NCBI RefSeq assembly: GCF_018350175.1
Contig: NC_058368.1
Span: 231,076,001 to 231,140,000 of the forward strand
DNA: 64,000 bases
Reading direction: 5' to 3'
From: Felis catus
Lineage: Eukaryota
Below the pieces are notes generated by a model. It ran no database searches. It had not been told where the DNA came from and saw nothing but the letters and a program-made list of their open reading frames with translations. This document shows, piece by piece, positions 36,512 through 49,459 of this stretch. Positions within the stretch are counted from its first letter, which is position 1, and each line of letters opens with the position of its first letter. A program made the translations under genes and the position numbers.

Positions 36512-37939
36512 CGGGACGCATGAGGGCCCCGCCCCCTGGCTCCGCGCAGGCGCGCACGCCTCGGGCCGAGACCGCACGGTCGCCCGCGCCGGGCCGGCAG
36601 GTAATGCGCTTGCGCAGTCTGGCTCCGGCCCCCTTTCGCCACTAATTGGTTGTTTATACGGAGCCGAACGTTTCGCTTAGAAAAGGACCTTTTTGGTCGA
36701 TTTCCCACTGCCAGTTGTGTAGGGCGAATTCACAAAGGACTCCCCTTCCCCTTGCTCTGGCGTCGTAAACTTAAGGACGAGGTGACTCAGTCCTCGTAGG
36801 TAGGAAGCCGTTGTAATCATGGGGGCTGGTCGGTGCAGGTGGCACGAGCTCCGCCCTCCCCCGAAGGAATGTGGCCCTGCCTTCCTCGACTGTCGCGCTC
36901 ATGCTGCACGTGCTCGTCCAAGCGGTCCCCAGCCTCGATACCATCGCATCTCCCACTCGGTCTGCTGGTTTCAGTTTAAGAGCCACTTAGGAGTTTAGAC
37001 AGCGGGTGATTTTCAGCTAAAAGAAGATTCTGTTTAAATTGTTTTCCTAAGGAAGACAGAATGGTTGAGCCAATATGATTGGGTCTAGAAGGACATAAGC
37101 CATGTCTTCTGATACAGTAGCTTCGGGTCCATGGATAGAGTAATTGGCTCCATTCTGGTGAATCCTGACCAGGGCAGTGTACAAGGCGGCTACGTGTAAA
37201 CCCACCCTGAATGTATGAGGCCCCCGAAGCCTGCTTTCCCCTGCTCACCTCTAGCCCGGACAACGGAGAACTGGAATAAGTTATCTCCAGGAAGAGTCAG
37301 GCAGCCCTTCCTCCTGCCCTAGAGGCATCACCCCCACCCATGACGCCTCTACCTGGGCACACACATTTCCAAATTAACAGCATTAGCAAAAACTTAAAAC
37401 AGTCAATATTTAATGTTGATATAATATGGGAAAACAAGGAATCTCATATGCTGGTGAGAGAAGAATGTCAATTAGTACCTTTGGGGGCCACTTGGCACTA
37501 TACTTTGATGACTTACCAATCTTTTACCGATTGATCCTACAGAAATACTAGCCTGAGTATATAAATTAGTATGGACAAATGTGTTTTTTATAGCATATAA
37601 TAAAATGGGTTAACTAATGGTCTTTCAGAAAACTGAAATCATAATCTTATCCACACAACAGAATACAATACAGCCAGAATTATTAAATGAGGTAGCTACT
37701 TAAGTGTTGATATAAAAAGATGGTCATGAAATATAAAGCAGAAAAAAAAAGCACCCCATTGAGCAGAGTCTGTGGGAGCACACTACCTATATTGTGATAA
37801 AAGGAGTCTGTGAATGTATGTTGACCCACACCACATTCTGGAAACAAACACTAAACTACTAATAGTGTAATTACCTCTGGAGAATGGCACAGGTTTTCAG
37901 TTTTTATTTTAATCATAGACACATTGTTTTTATGCTGTT

Positions 37940-39650
37940 TCATCCATTTATTTACTCAAGAGTATTTATTGAATATGGAATATGTCCCAAGAACCGTCCT
38001 GAAATACAATAGTAATCTCCAAATAGTTACCAAAAAAAAATCTCCGAAGCTTACATTCAAATGGGGGGAGACATGCTAATGTAAACAATACAGGAAAACC
38101 ATATAGTATGTTAATACATATGAGAGACAGAACACAGCAGTAGAGGGGTCGGGGAAAGCCCCAGGAGCTGCAATTTTAGATAAGCCTAAGAATGACACTT
38201 CAGTGAAGAAAGGAAGAACTTGGGGAGAGCCTAGAGGAAGAACAGTAAGGCACAGCAAGCAGCAAGTGCAAAGGCCCAGAGGTTTGACCTGTTCTGGATG
38301 CAAGGAGGCTGCCTGGAGCACAGTGAGCACAGGGGGCCTCAAAGCGACTGTGGACTTGGGACTCTGTGATGGTTAGCTACCTGGGTAAAGGACTGATGTG
38401 ATCTTAGATCTCAACATGATCACTCCGGATCGTGTTGAAAGTCAATGGAAGAAAGAAAAGAGAGCATGGGCAGAGGCCAGGAGCTCCAGAGAAACTGCAG
38501 TGACCCAGGCAGGAGGAAGATGATGGTGCTTTGCACCAGGACGGTAGCAGTGGGGGTGCTGCGACGTAGCCAGAATCCAACTTATTTTGAAGTTAAGACT
38601 TGCTGCCCGGTTGTATGTGAAGCGTGGAAAAACAAGTGTCAAAGGTATTACCAACATTTTTTATTTAGCAACCTGAATCCGTCCAGGTGCTTACCAACTG
38701 AAAGGGGAAGTTTGAGAAAATAAATCTGGGGTAGGGGAATCACGAGTTGTGTTTTGGACCTACTAAGTTCGAGATGTCCGGAGAGTCCACAGAGGCAGCC
38801 GCACGGATGTGTCTGGAGTTCCAGGAAGGAAGATGGAATGAGTAAATAAATATATATGTGAGTGATCAGCATCTAGACGGCCTTTAAAACTATGAGCGTG
38901 AGATCACCATGTCAATAGGTGCAGGTAGAACAGAGGTCCCAGACTGAGCTGAAAGGCAAGACAGGGTCAGTGAAGGAGTTTATAAAGCAGAGTCCACAGA
39001 CAGGTAGGAGGAAGATGAGGGGAGTGCTGTGTCCTGAGAGCCAAGGGAAATGGTTTCACTGGAGAGAGGGACCAGCTATTTCCGGTGAGACCCGAGAATT
39101 AACCACCGAAGTTAGGGGTGGCCATTGGTGGCCTTTCACGAGAGCAATTCCGGCGGAAGAGTGGAGCAAATAGCTGATTGTAGGGGGGTTGGAAAAGGAG
39201 AGGAAAAATTGGAAAGCGGGAGTACGATAACTGAAGGCCTTTACTGAAAAGGAAAGCAAAATAGAGCAGATGACGAGGTGAAGATTTTTCGTATGCAAGA
39301 AACAACGGAAACGTCTGGATGATGGGAAGGAACCACAACAGTTACCATGAGGGAGAGGGAGATCTGCAGCAGCGCCTTGAGCGGGTGAGAGTCCTGTCCA
39401 TCCAGCGAGGCCGTGCAAGGCGGGCAGGGCTCAGGGAGTGATCGCACATGAGCCCGGGGGCGCATTTCACTCTGCGTACAGGGCAGGCACACCGGAGGGG
39501 ACGTGCATGGCCTGCATGGCCCACGGGGCATCTGGGCACAGGTGCAAGTAAGAGGGTAAATGTGATGGTGTGAACTCGTGAAGACTTGTTCCGATTGCTT
39601 CGGTCTTCTCGGTGAAATAGAAAAGTCATCAGCCAAAAGTCAGAAAGGAG
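37940..39650 (-). mobile_element. L2 element (long, decayed)
   Basis: Reverse L2 3' end (catccatttattt...gtatttattga) and body motifs (ttttggacctactaagttcgagatgtcc). Confidence 0.7.
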
Positions 39651-39714
39651 AAGCAGGCACTTTGTAGAAAAATAAGGTATGAAATGATTAGAGAGCATAT
39701 ATGAACATGGTATT

Positions 39715-40254
39715 TATTTTTGAAATCAAGATGTAATTAACATGCAAATTGCACAAGTTGAAAATGTGCAATTCTTTGACATATGTATACATGTCAAACC
39801 AGAACCACATCAAGATAACGGACACATCATCACCCCCATTTCCTTATGCCCCTTTGAAATCTCTCCATGTCCCTCCCCACCAACCCCCACTCATGTGCTT
39901 TCTATTGATTTCTGTAGGTTACTCTGCATTTTCCAGAAGTTTTGATAAACGAAAGCATACATTTTTGGTCTGCTTTCAATCAGCATTGGGACTTGTCCAT
40001 GTTGCGTGTATCAAGTTAATTGCCTTTTATTGGAACAGTATTTCATTGTATGGATAATCATTTATCTCTTTCCCTGTTGTTGGCCATGTGCATTTTTTCC
40101 ACCTTTGGGCTATTACAAATAAAGCTACCATAAACGTTCATGTCTGAGTCATCATATGGACTTACTTTTTCCTCAGTCAGCAACTGGGGGTGGCGAGTAC
40201 TTACTATAACCTTTTAAGCACTGCCCATTATTTAAAATATTTTTTTTTTTTATG

Positions 40255-40301
<47 letters not shown>

Positions 40302-41200
40302 AGGGGAGGGACAGAGAGACAGGGAGACACAGAATATGAAGCAGGCTCCAGGCTCCGAGCTGTCAGCACAGAGCCTGACTGGAGGGGGAGGGAGGGGTGG
40401 TGCCTGGAACCCACAAACCGTGAGATCGCGACTTGAGCTGAAGTCAGACGCCTAACCGGCCTAACCAACTGAGCCACCCAGGCGCCCCCCAACTGTTCTA
40501 AAGTAATTAGCTCACCCCTTTACTTTCCTTCCAGCACAGCGTGAGCATTCCTCACATTCTCACCGACACGTGGTATGGTATTTTTAGTCATTCTGATACG
40601 TGGTGGTAACTCACAGGTTTTAATTTCTATTTTCCTAATGGCTTTTACATTGACCAGCTTCTCATGTGCTTATTTGCTATCTGTATGTCCTCTTTAGTGA
40701 AGTGTTTAAATATTTTGCCCATTTTAAAAATGGGCAAATGGATCTTCTCAAACTACTGAGTTTTGAGACTTTATTCTGAATGCATGTCTATTATCAGAAA
40801 CGTTCTGCAAATATTCCCTGCCACTCCATGGCTTTTGTTCTCTGAATGACATATATCAGAGAGTGGACATTTTCAATTTTGATAATGTCCAATTTATCAA
40901 ATTTTTCTTCTAAGGACTGTGCTTCTGGGCTGTATCCAATCTAAATCTTTGCCTTACCCGAGGCTGAACATTTCTCCCTGTTTTTTCCCAGAAGTTATAT
41001 AGTTTGAGCTTTCATGTTTAGGAATATAATAATTTTAATTTTTGCTATGTTGAGATAAGGATCAATTTTTAACTTTGCATCTGGATGGCCAATTGTTCCA
41101 GCACCATTTGTTTGACTTTCGCACCCTGTCAAAACTCACCTGTCCCTATGCATGTGGGTCTATTTCTGGACTTTCTGTTCTGCTCCATCAGTCCAGTGGG
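39715..41200 (-). mobile_element. Old L1 (L1M-type) with SINE insertion at 40240-40489
   Basis: L1 3' motifs (gtatttcattgtatggata, gggctattacaaataaagct, ccaattgttccagcaccatttgtt). Confidence 0.75.
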
Positions 41201-41921
41201 TTTGTGTAACTGGCAGGAGGGACGGATGCAACTGAGCCAAGAAAAAAGGAGTTATTGAGGGGGTTGCTGACACAAAGCTTCTTGTCCTAAAAAAGCTACT
41301 GAACAAATGTGGAAAAGCAGAAAGACACTGCACTGTTGCATATGTGCAAAAAGAGAAATTTCAAAAGTTAGATTAAGCATGCACAGGGGTGCAGAAGGGA
41401 CTGCCTCCACCCAGGTCACCAGCTGCTGTCGGCCCATTCCAGCACAGTGTGGGCTGTGGGAGGCAGACTGCGGGGGGGGGGGGGGGGACTGCGGGCGTGG
41501 GGGGTGAGTCTGTGCGTACAGGGGGCCCCTCCTCTGTATTCCTCAGGGCACTGTATCCCTGTTAGAACCCTCTGCTCATTTTTCTGGCCTTTTCCACTCT
41601 AACTGGGCTACTTGAAGGCAGACACCATACCTCGATTCAACTACAGTACTCAGTACAGGGCAGCGCAACAAAATAGACACCAAACCGAAACATTGTGGGA
41701 GGGAGGAGAGGAGAGTGTTACCTCTTCGGACCCTTAATCCACTTGTGACAGCAGTTTCGTTTCCAACAAGAGTGGCTGTGAACTGTGGGGTGTGAGGGGG
41801 AATCGCCACTTTGTGAGATTCACCATGCAGTCCCCTTTGCTGTAAAACCTCACAGATGCCCTGTGGTTCAGATAACATTTTGCCTGCCACCACTGCATTT
41901 AAAATAAATAAAATTACACTT

Positions 41922-42115
41922 GGAGGGCGCCTGGGTGGCTCAGTCACTTAAGCGTCTGACTTGATTTCGGCTCAGGTCATGATCTTACGGTTCATGAGAC
42001 TGAGCCCTGCCTCAGGCTCTGGTGCTGAGCCTGCTTGGGATTCTCTCTCTCCCTCTCTGCCCCTCCCCCGCTCTCTCATACACCCTCTCTCTCAAAATGC
42101 ATAAACATTTAAAAA
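41922..42115 (+). mobile_element. Can-SINE
   Basis: SINEC structure. Confidence 0.88.
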
Positions 42116-42544
42116 GTGTTTCTTAAATGCACTTGATTAAAAAGAAATCATCAAGTTTTGAACCTCAAAACAAAAGGATCTCTTCACATGGGGGCACTCA
42201 GGAGGAAAAAAGCTTCCTGCAATTCTTTCCTTTTTCTCTGAGATTTACAGGCAGCTACATAAAAGGGCTTTGGTTGGTTTTACTCTATTCCAAGTATCCA
42301 CTTAAAGAGAAAACCTGCTGAGGCTCTGGCATGTGGATCTTGCCGAAGCGGGAGGCAGCTTGCCCGCAAGACGAGGGCCTTTACTGTTCCCCCATGAAGA
42401 TGGTCTAGCAATACAGTCAGGGGATGAGGGGAGAGGGATGTGTTCTCTGCAACTATACTTCTAAATTTATACTGAAAACAGAATGGAGGAACTATAATCA
42501 TATATTAATTTTCTTATGTAATTATTATATTAACAAAATACCTA

Positions 42545-42750
42545 GGGAGCCTGGGTGGCTCAGCTGGTTAAGCATTCGACTTTGGCTCAGGTCATGATCT
42601 CACAGTTCGTGAGTTTGAGCCTCCCGTCAGGCTCTGTGCTGACAGCTCGGAGCCTGGAGCCTGCTTCGGATTCTGTGTCCTCCTCTCTCTCTGTCCCGCC
42701 CCCACTTGCACTCGGTCTCCCTCTCAAAAATAAACATTAAAAAAAAATTT
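42545..42750 (+). mobile_element. Can-SINE
   Basis: SINEC structure; flanking aata(a)cctag. Confidence 0.9.
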
Positions 42751-42814
42751 TAATAACCTAGATTATCTACCTATGCTGATTAATAATGCACATTTCTGTA
42801 ATTCTGAAGTAATT

Positions 42815-42871
42815 TTGCAACAAAGCAAAACAAACCAAAAAAACTAGGCTACAGCTAACATTCGCTTTATT
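42815..42871 (-). terminator. Polyadenylation signal AATAAA plus U/GU-rich downstream element
   Basis: The minus strand reads AATAAAgcgaatgttagctgtagcctag, then a T run and ggtttgttttgctttgttg. A TGTA upstream element lies at 42944-42941. Confidence 0.7.
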
Positions 42872-43556
42872 CAATTTTGTTCTCTTGACTTAGAAGGCAA
42901 CAACCAACCACATAAAAAAGGGAGCATTTTAGAATATATATACATAAAATTGGTCTGGGTGTCTAAGGTGTTTGCTTCAATAGAAAATTGACGTCCTAAA
43001 TAACTAAGTGCTCTACGTACCATCTACAAGTCAGTTCCAGGCCTTACAGTCATTACATTTCCAGTTAAGGTATTGTATATTACTCTGCTGACACAAAACG
43101 AGGCACTCATACAAAATCATTGGGAATGAAATTGGGTATATACTGTCTTACACCTTTAATACTGTATTAGTAACAAGCACACTGTTGGAGATTATGTGAA
43201 AGAAACCCTTTCTCATGATGGCTGCTTTTAAAAAATGACACAGGGCAGTAACAGGGTGAAGAGAAAGTATGTGCCCGAGGGACAAATGAGATATAAGACA
43301 GCCCAACCAAGGGAGTTACAATCTCCACACACAAGGTTTTTGTTAATACTTTAGTGCACGACATTTTGTCTTTTCTTGATGGCAACCGAGCAGGTAACAT
43401 TCTAAAGGAGTATTTTGAACATAATCACTTTAAAATTTTACAAGTATAAAACTTATCACAGAAAGTAGAGAGCTTAAAATAGTCCTGAAAGTGAGAATGA
43501 GTAGCTAACTTGCTAAGTTGACAAAACTGCCAGTGTTCTTAGACCGGCACTACATT

Positions 43557-43620
<64 letters not shown>

Positions 43621-46560
43621 GGGGTAAACACAATACAGTGGAGAAATGTCCAGTGCTTCTTCGTTTTAAAAAGTCATGAATTCAACCTAAATTCAAGAAT
43701 TACACTTTAATAATAGCATTTGCCAATACAGAAATGACATCTCTAAGACCAAATCATTTAAGAAAAAGTTATTCTCTGTTACTTGAATAAGGGAAAGAAA
43801 AAACACAAGGATCCACAGTAATAACAGCTATATTAAATGTTGAAATAAAAATTACTTTTTGTTTACATCTGGAATTGAGATGTCCAATTTCCACGGTTTC
43901 TCCAGAGAACTAACAGGAAAAAAATCACCTAAAAACATGGAACTTTTTTAAGGCTAGCTATACATAAACCTCACATTGGTATTTTCTTGTTTTCATCTCA
44001 ACTATTAGCTTCAACAGTTTAAAACTCAAACATAATTTGCTAATAATGACAAATGCATACCTCATAGTATGACCATTTGATAACTGGTCATGTGAAACTT
44101 ACTCCCAAATGCTGATCTGTCTTCCACTTATAAACAATTAAAAATAAAGCAAAATGGTCTTCTTTTGTAATTAATTTCCTTGAAGACGGTTTTAGCCCAA
44201 TGTAAAACGAAGCAAAACTACACTATTTTTTTTTTTTAATTCTACATGAAGGGCAGCAATACTAGAACTTTCTGAACCAGAGGTTTCAAATGTTCATGAG
44301 ACTATTGATTAATAATAAAATTCTGGTGCTGCCCATGTAAATGTTATGTCAGCAAACGCTTTCCTTATGAAAGTTTTCATCTTATTAGAAACAGGACAGA
44401 GCACAACTGAAGACCAAGAGGAAATCCTTAGATACAACAAGATAAAGTATCTGCCGGTGAGATGGAGGGCAAGATTCTCACCATTCGCATATGTTCATAT
44501 ATATGTATGTTTTTCTTTTCAGTTTTTTTTTTTTTTTTTTTTACAAAATATCTGGTAAGATTCATTTAAAATTTTGTAGAATAACAATTTTTAATTTTTT
44601 GTGGTATCTGCCTAGCTCTCTTTCCGATAAAATGGATAAATGTGTTCAATGACTTTATATCAAGATCTATAAATTCTCTGAAAATTTTAAAAAGAAAGCT
44701 AAATTAATATAATCAAGTTCTATGCCCAATTGATAATATTTTTCTCCCAAAGAGAACAATTTATATAGACACATACCACGATAGGTGGCAGTACATTTTA
44801 AAATGCTCCTAATTTTTTAAAGTAGGATTCCATTTCCACATAAATGCAGGGCTAGCAAAGACCTTATTTCAAATACAAGGGAAAGGACTGCTACAAAGTG
44901 CCAGAGGGTGTTCACACTGAACCCCATGTCAAGCTTTTTTTTTTTTTTTTTGATACTGATGTTTTACACTATATTTTAAAGTAAAGTAATTACCACCTCA
45001 GGAAAAACTGTTGAAATGTAAAACAACCAGACTACGTCTGCTTTTGTGGTAGCTTACGTTTGGCTGACTTTCATATTTAAAGAATCTTCAGATTTAAGTC
45101 TACAGATTTTAATACTATATGGAAACTCTCTAAGAGTTCCTGAAGACCTCTGCTGCCCATTTTCTCTGACAACATTCAAAACACAAACACCACCCTTACA
45201 ATATACCATTACCATTAAATACTGGGATTGTGTGCCCAACTGTTGTATTGCTCTAAATACTTCATTCTTGAAGCTTTGGTTCTCAGGGAAAACCAGATCT
45301 GTAAGTGTTCAGTATTCTGAGATTTTACAGCACATTTCCAAGGAAACACCTTCTTCACTCCTATGTTAAAAAGGCCAGCTCGAGCCGGCTTCCTTCAGGA
45401 CGAGTAAAATCAAACTGGTTTCATTTGTAGTTTTCTTCTGTAAACAAAAAGCTCTGGAAACTTTGGGATTTACTCATGGAAAACTAGGAGAAACGGACTC
45501 CCTAATCCTGACCCAACGGGGTGCCCCAAGCAGCAGGACCAGGTGTTCTAGGCACCTTCCCTGGTGCTGCCGATCTAAGACCACAAACGACGTGTGCATT
45601 TAGCTAACACCTCAGCGTGTCCTAATTCCAGTATGATGCGGTACTGTTGTTGACAGTATTCTAGAAGACTTGCGATCCGGCATGACTTTTGGCTACTGCT
45701 GCCAAAGAGTAAAAAAACGACAGCTGTGTGTGGAAAAGGGGGGCTGGAGAGAACTAAGGAAAACGTTCTTGTGGACTTTTTTTTTTTTCTCTAAGTATAG
45801 ACATGCCCCGAACAAGCACAAAAGCCCAACCCCTAATGCTGATCACTAGGAATATTAAATTATCAAAATTAAAAATAATTTCCTCACCTAGCACAAGATA
45901 CTATACAATATTATAAACACAGACACATGAAAAAAAATCAGGCAGTAGAAAATGTACAACAGCTTTGGTGTTATACAAAATAACTTCCAAAAACGATCGA
46001 CAGTGAAGCACAAAGTCCATGTTCTCTTACCACAGACACTCCACTGCTGATTTCTACTTGTTTCCTTTCAAGTTCTTGGTAAGGTCTGAACAGCCAAGAA
46101 AGACAGAATGCACAGTTTACTTAATAAGAACTGCTAGGAACACCGGGATACCACGCTCCAAAGGACGTCGTGAAAAAGTTTTGCCTCTGCACTATGGCTC
46201 TGTGGCACATTTCCTGTCAAGATCACAGCAGGTCCAAAATAAAGTGACAACTAGATTTAATAAATTAATATACATTTTGTTTAAAGATGTACAATGCACA
46301 TTCTGTTTAATCCACGGTTTTAGGGTATCCAGGAACTTCTATTTACACATGTACAGACCTCAGACAGCAACGATGGTGGAAGATGCAGGAAGGGCGGCAG
46401 GGCCCTGCACGCTGCTTCTCCGAATGCTGAGAACACAAGTCAAATACAGTTAACTTAAAAACAATGCTGAGAGATCACTGGGAAAAATCTCCCAGAGAGA
46501 AGTCCACAAAAAAGGACACGTAAAGGCAAGGGGAAGGTCAAGGTAGTTGAGACAACCACT
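42845..46560 (-). other. MARCHF6: MARCHF6 3' UTR (~3.7 kb) to best-supported poly(A) site
   Basis: AT-rich stretch with no recognisable interspersed repeat after the stop codon. It ends near AATAAA (42871-42866) with a downstream U/GU-rich tract. The exact end is inferred. Confidence 0.65.
43560..43619. repeat. (GT)~30 microsatellite in MARCHF6 3' UTR
   Basis: Read directly. Confidence 0.95.
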
Positions 46561-46651
46561 TTATTCTTGGGACGACTGTGCAGGTGGTGGAGATGTGCCT
46601 TGTTTGCCAGATTTCCGTTCGTAATTCACGAGGCGTTGGCCCACAAGGTAT
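46561..46651 (-). CDS. MARCHF6: MARCHF6 last coding exon, (K)YLVGQRLVNYERKSGKQGTSPPPAQSSQE*
   Basis: acctAG acceptor and TAA stop at 46563-46561. Contains the conserved Doa10/MARCHF6 C-terminal element GQRLVN. Confidence 0.96.
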
Positions 46652-46922
46652 CTAGGTTGTAAAAACAGGGTGGTTACTCTCTTATATGATCCCACATATT
46701 AAAATATTCTTCCTAAGAGCAGCCAGTGATACATTTTTTGAATGCAAATCAGATCACTCCCACTTAAAACCCTTCAATGGTCTGAAGGGGAGCATAGAAT
46801 GAACACTGGCAACAGGCACATAAGCAGGCAGCTCACGGCGAGGCGAGAGCAGCAAATGTCGGAAGTCCTCGGATCCCAGGCAATGGCGTGTGTCCTCTGG
46901 CCCGAAGGCTGGGGCTCTCGTG

Positions 46923-47002
46923 CACACGCAGACACCGGGGGGTAAGACACACGCAGACACCGGGGGGGTAAGACACACGCAGACACCGGGGGGTAAGACA
47001 CA
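46923..47002. repeat. 25-26 bp minisatellite, ~3.2 copies (cacacgcagacaccG6-7taaga)
   Basis: Units at 46923-46947, 46948-46973 and 46974-46998. Confidence 0.93.
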
Positions 47003-47841
47003 GTCAACTGACTCAGGGCATTTATCTGTTAGGAATATTTTCTAAAACAGCTCAGAAGACAGATCTGAAGAAACAGAAAGCTAGGTAGAGAGGAAAGTGG
47101 ATCAGAATAGCTCTAGTTCTAGAGAAAAGGAGAAACCCAAGGGCAAGAGTCTCAATGAAGTCAGAGGGGAGAAGGCAGAGAAGTGAGCATGTGCAAGGGA
47201 CAGAAGGAAGGAGGTTACGGCCCAACAACAGAGCGTTACATGTCCCTAAGTCACGTGCCGCGATGATACGGAGGTCAGGGCAAAGGGTGCAGGGCTACAG
47301 CACCAGACACAGAAGTGACCACGGCTGGCATGACCAGACACCACATCCCCAGGACAACAGCAGCGGTTGTGGAGAAGCAGGGGGGCCTCCTGACCCTGGG
47401 GCCCGGGCTGCAGGCTGAGCCTCGGAGGACAGTGGGTGAGAGCCGACTGCGGCCATGAGCGGCAGGAGGCCAGGGTACACGGTGCCCATGTGAAGTCAGC
47501 GCTGCAGACCCACGAGTGGCCACTCGGTCCTCAGCCACCTGTGCGAGCACGGGACAGCAAAGCCGGCACGCGACAGGCTGGCCCGGGAGCTGGGTCTCTG
47601 AGACCCAATTTACTTACTCGCCAATAAAACGAGGACAGCAGTACTGTGCCCCGTGACTGCTGTAAGAAATAAGAAGCACACAAAAGCCACGGCAACAAAG
47701 GCCTGGCATGTGCTGGACCCAGTGTAGTGACTTTCACTTTTCACCATTACTTTTGCTTCTTTGACTTTCACCACTTTTCCACCAACACACACCAACCTCA
47801 CTTGAAATTGTGGCAGTTTCTGCTGAGTAGTTTCACGTCAC

Positions 47842-48077
47842 TTTTTTTTTTTTTTTTAAATTTTTTTTTCCAACGTTTTTATTTTTATTTTTGGGACAGA
47901 GAGAGACAGAGCATGAGCGGGGGAGGGGCAGAGAGAGAGGGAGACACAGAATTGGAAACAGGCTCCAGGCTCTGAGCCATCAGCCCAGAGCCTGACGCGG
48001 GGCTCGAACTCCCGGACAGCGAGATCGTGACCTGGCTGAAGTCGGACGCTTAACCGACTGCGCCACCCAGGCGCCCC
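47842..48077 (-). mobile_element. Young SINEC_Fc-like
   Basis: TSD tcacgtcac(tttt) at 47833 and 48078. Confidence 0.93.
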
Positions 48078-48976
48078 TCACGTCACTTTTTAAAGCATTT
48101 CACTAATCCTATTGCTTCTTCATCCACGATCCCACGGTATAATCCTCGTTCTTTTTCTCTCACCAATCCTTTTCCTGATGTTAACTACTCCTTTCCCTCA
48201 CAGTTAGTTCCCCCACCAGTGTATTTTTAACTGTGACGGCTTATCAATGTTTTAAACAATGACAACTGGATGCTAATGTATCCTGATGCTAATGTCAGGC
48301 ACTGCCTGACACACCCATAATCACAAGATACACCAAGTTATGCCAAAAATGGGATTGACGTTATGGCAATGAAAAACCAATAAAAAGCAGAGACAACAGT
48401 GATTTTAATTCATTTGCCCAGGACCAAAAAGGAACTCAATGCAGAGGAAGGAGACTCTGAGCCCACCGCCCACTCTCCCTAATGACCGAGCACCCTCTCG
48501 TGCCCACAGCCCGCCCTGCACACCCCACGAGCAGAGCCTGCTCCCTTTCCGACGCTGCTGGACCGGCGGAAACCACGGCACCCGAGGTGCGGCCTCAAGG
48601 GAGCCTGCCCTTCACAGTTTGCTACGCGAAGAACGAACGTGGGAGAAGAGCGTACACTGGGCTGCAGCAAAAGAGCAGAAAATAATGAGTAAGACACGCT
48701 CCAAGGTAGGCAGGAGAGACCGCTGGGGCAGACGAGCAGGGTGGGGGACAAGGGTGAGGAAGAAAGCAGCAAAAAGCCGAGGCCATGTCTCGTCTGCACT
48801 GTCTGCAGAATGTACTCGTCGGCCTAAACGAGCGAAGTGAGAAAAATGGGACATTCACCATTGAAATCCCCTCTCTGTTCTTTCCCGGTAGACAGAACTT
48901 TACAGACTGCCCAAGTATACTTGGGTTTTTTGTCAGTGAATGCTTTGGAAAAGCCTTGAACACCCTAAATTTCATC

Positions 48977-49415
48977 TTTTTTTTTTTATTCGCTTAAATC
49001 AAGTGAGTTAACATACAACATAGTACTGGTTTCCAGACTAGAGCCCAGTGAGTCATCACTTACACATAACACTCAGTGCCCATCACAACAAGCACCCTCC
49101 TTCACGCCCATCACCCATTGACTCATCCCACACCTCCCCTCCCCTCCAGCAACCGTCAGTTTGTTCTCTGTATTTAAGAGTCTCTTATGTTTTGTCTCCA
49201 TCCCTGTTTTTATCTTATTTTTCCTTCCCTTCCCCTATGTTCATCTGTTTGGTTTCTTAAATTCCATATATGAGTGAAATCATAGGATAATTGTCTTTCT
49301 CTGCCTGACTTATTTCGCTTTGCAGAATACACTCTATGTGTTGTTGCAAATGGCAAGACTTTCTTTTTGATGGCTAATATTCCACTGTGTATATGTATGT
49401 GTGTATAGACAGACA

Positions 49416-49459
<44 letters not shown>

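Larger units (their letters stand above)
36000..36960. promoter_or_regulatory. CpG island / ROPN1L promoter
   Basis: Visibly CpG-dense around exon 1. Motifs: GC box ~36349-36358, ETS CCGGAAG 36464-36470, CCAAT 36482-36486, ATTGG 36645-36649, NRF1-like TGCGCTTGCGCA 36605-36616. Confidence 0.85.

Noticed and set aside
46923..47002. CRISPR-like regular repeat
   Set aside because: Head-to-tail units with no unique spacers, in a mammalian intron.
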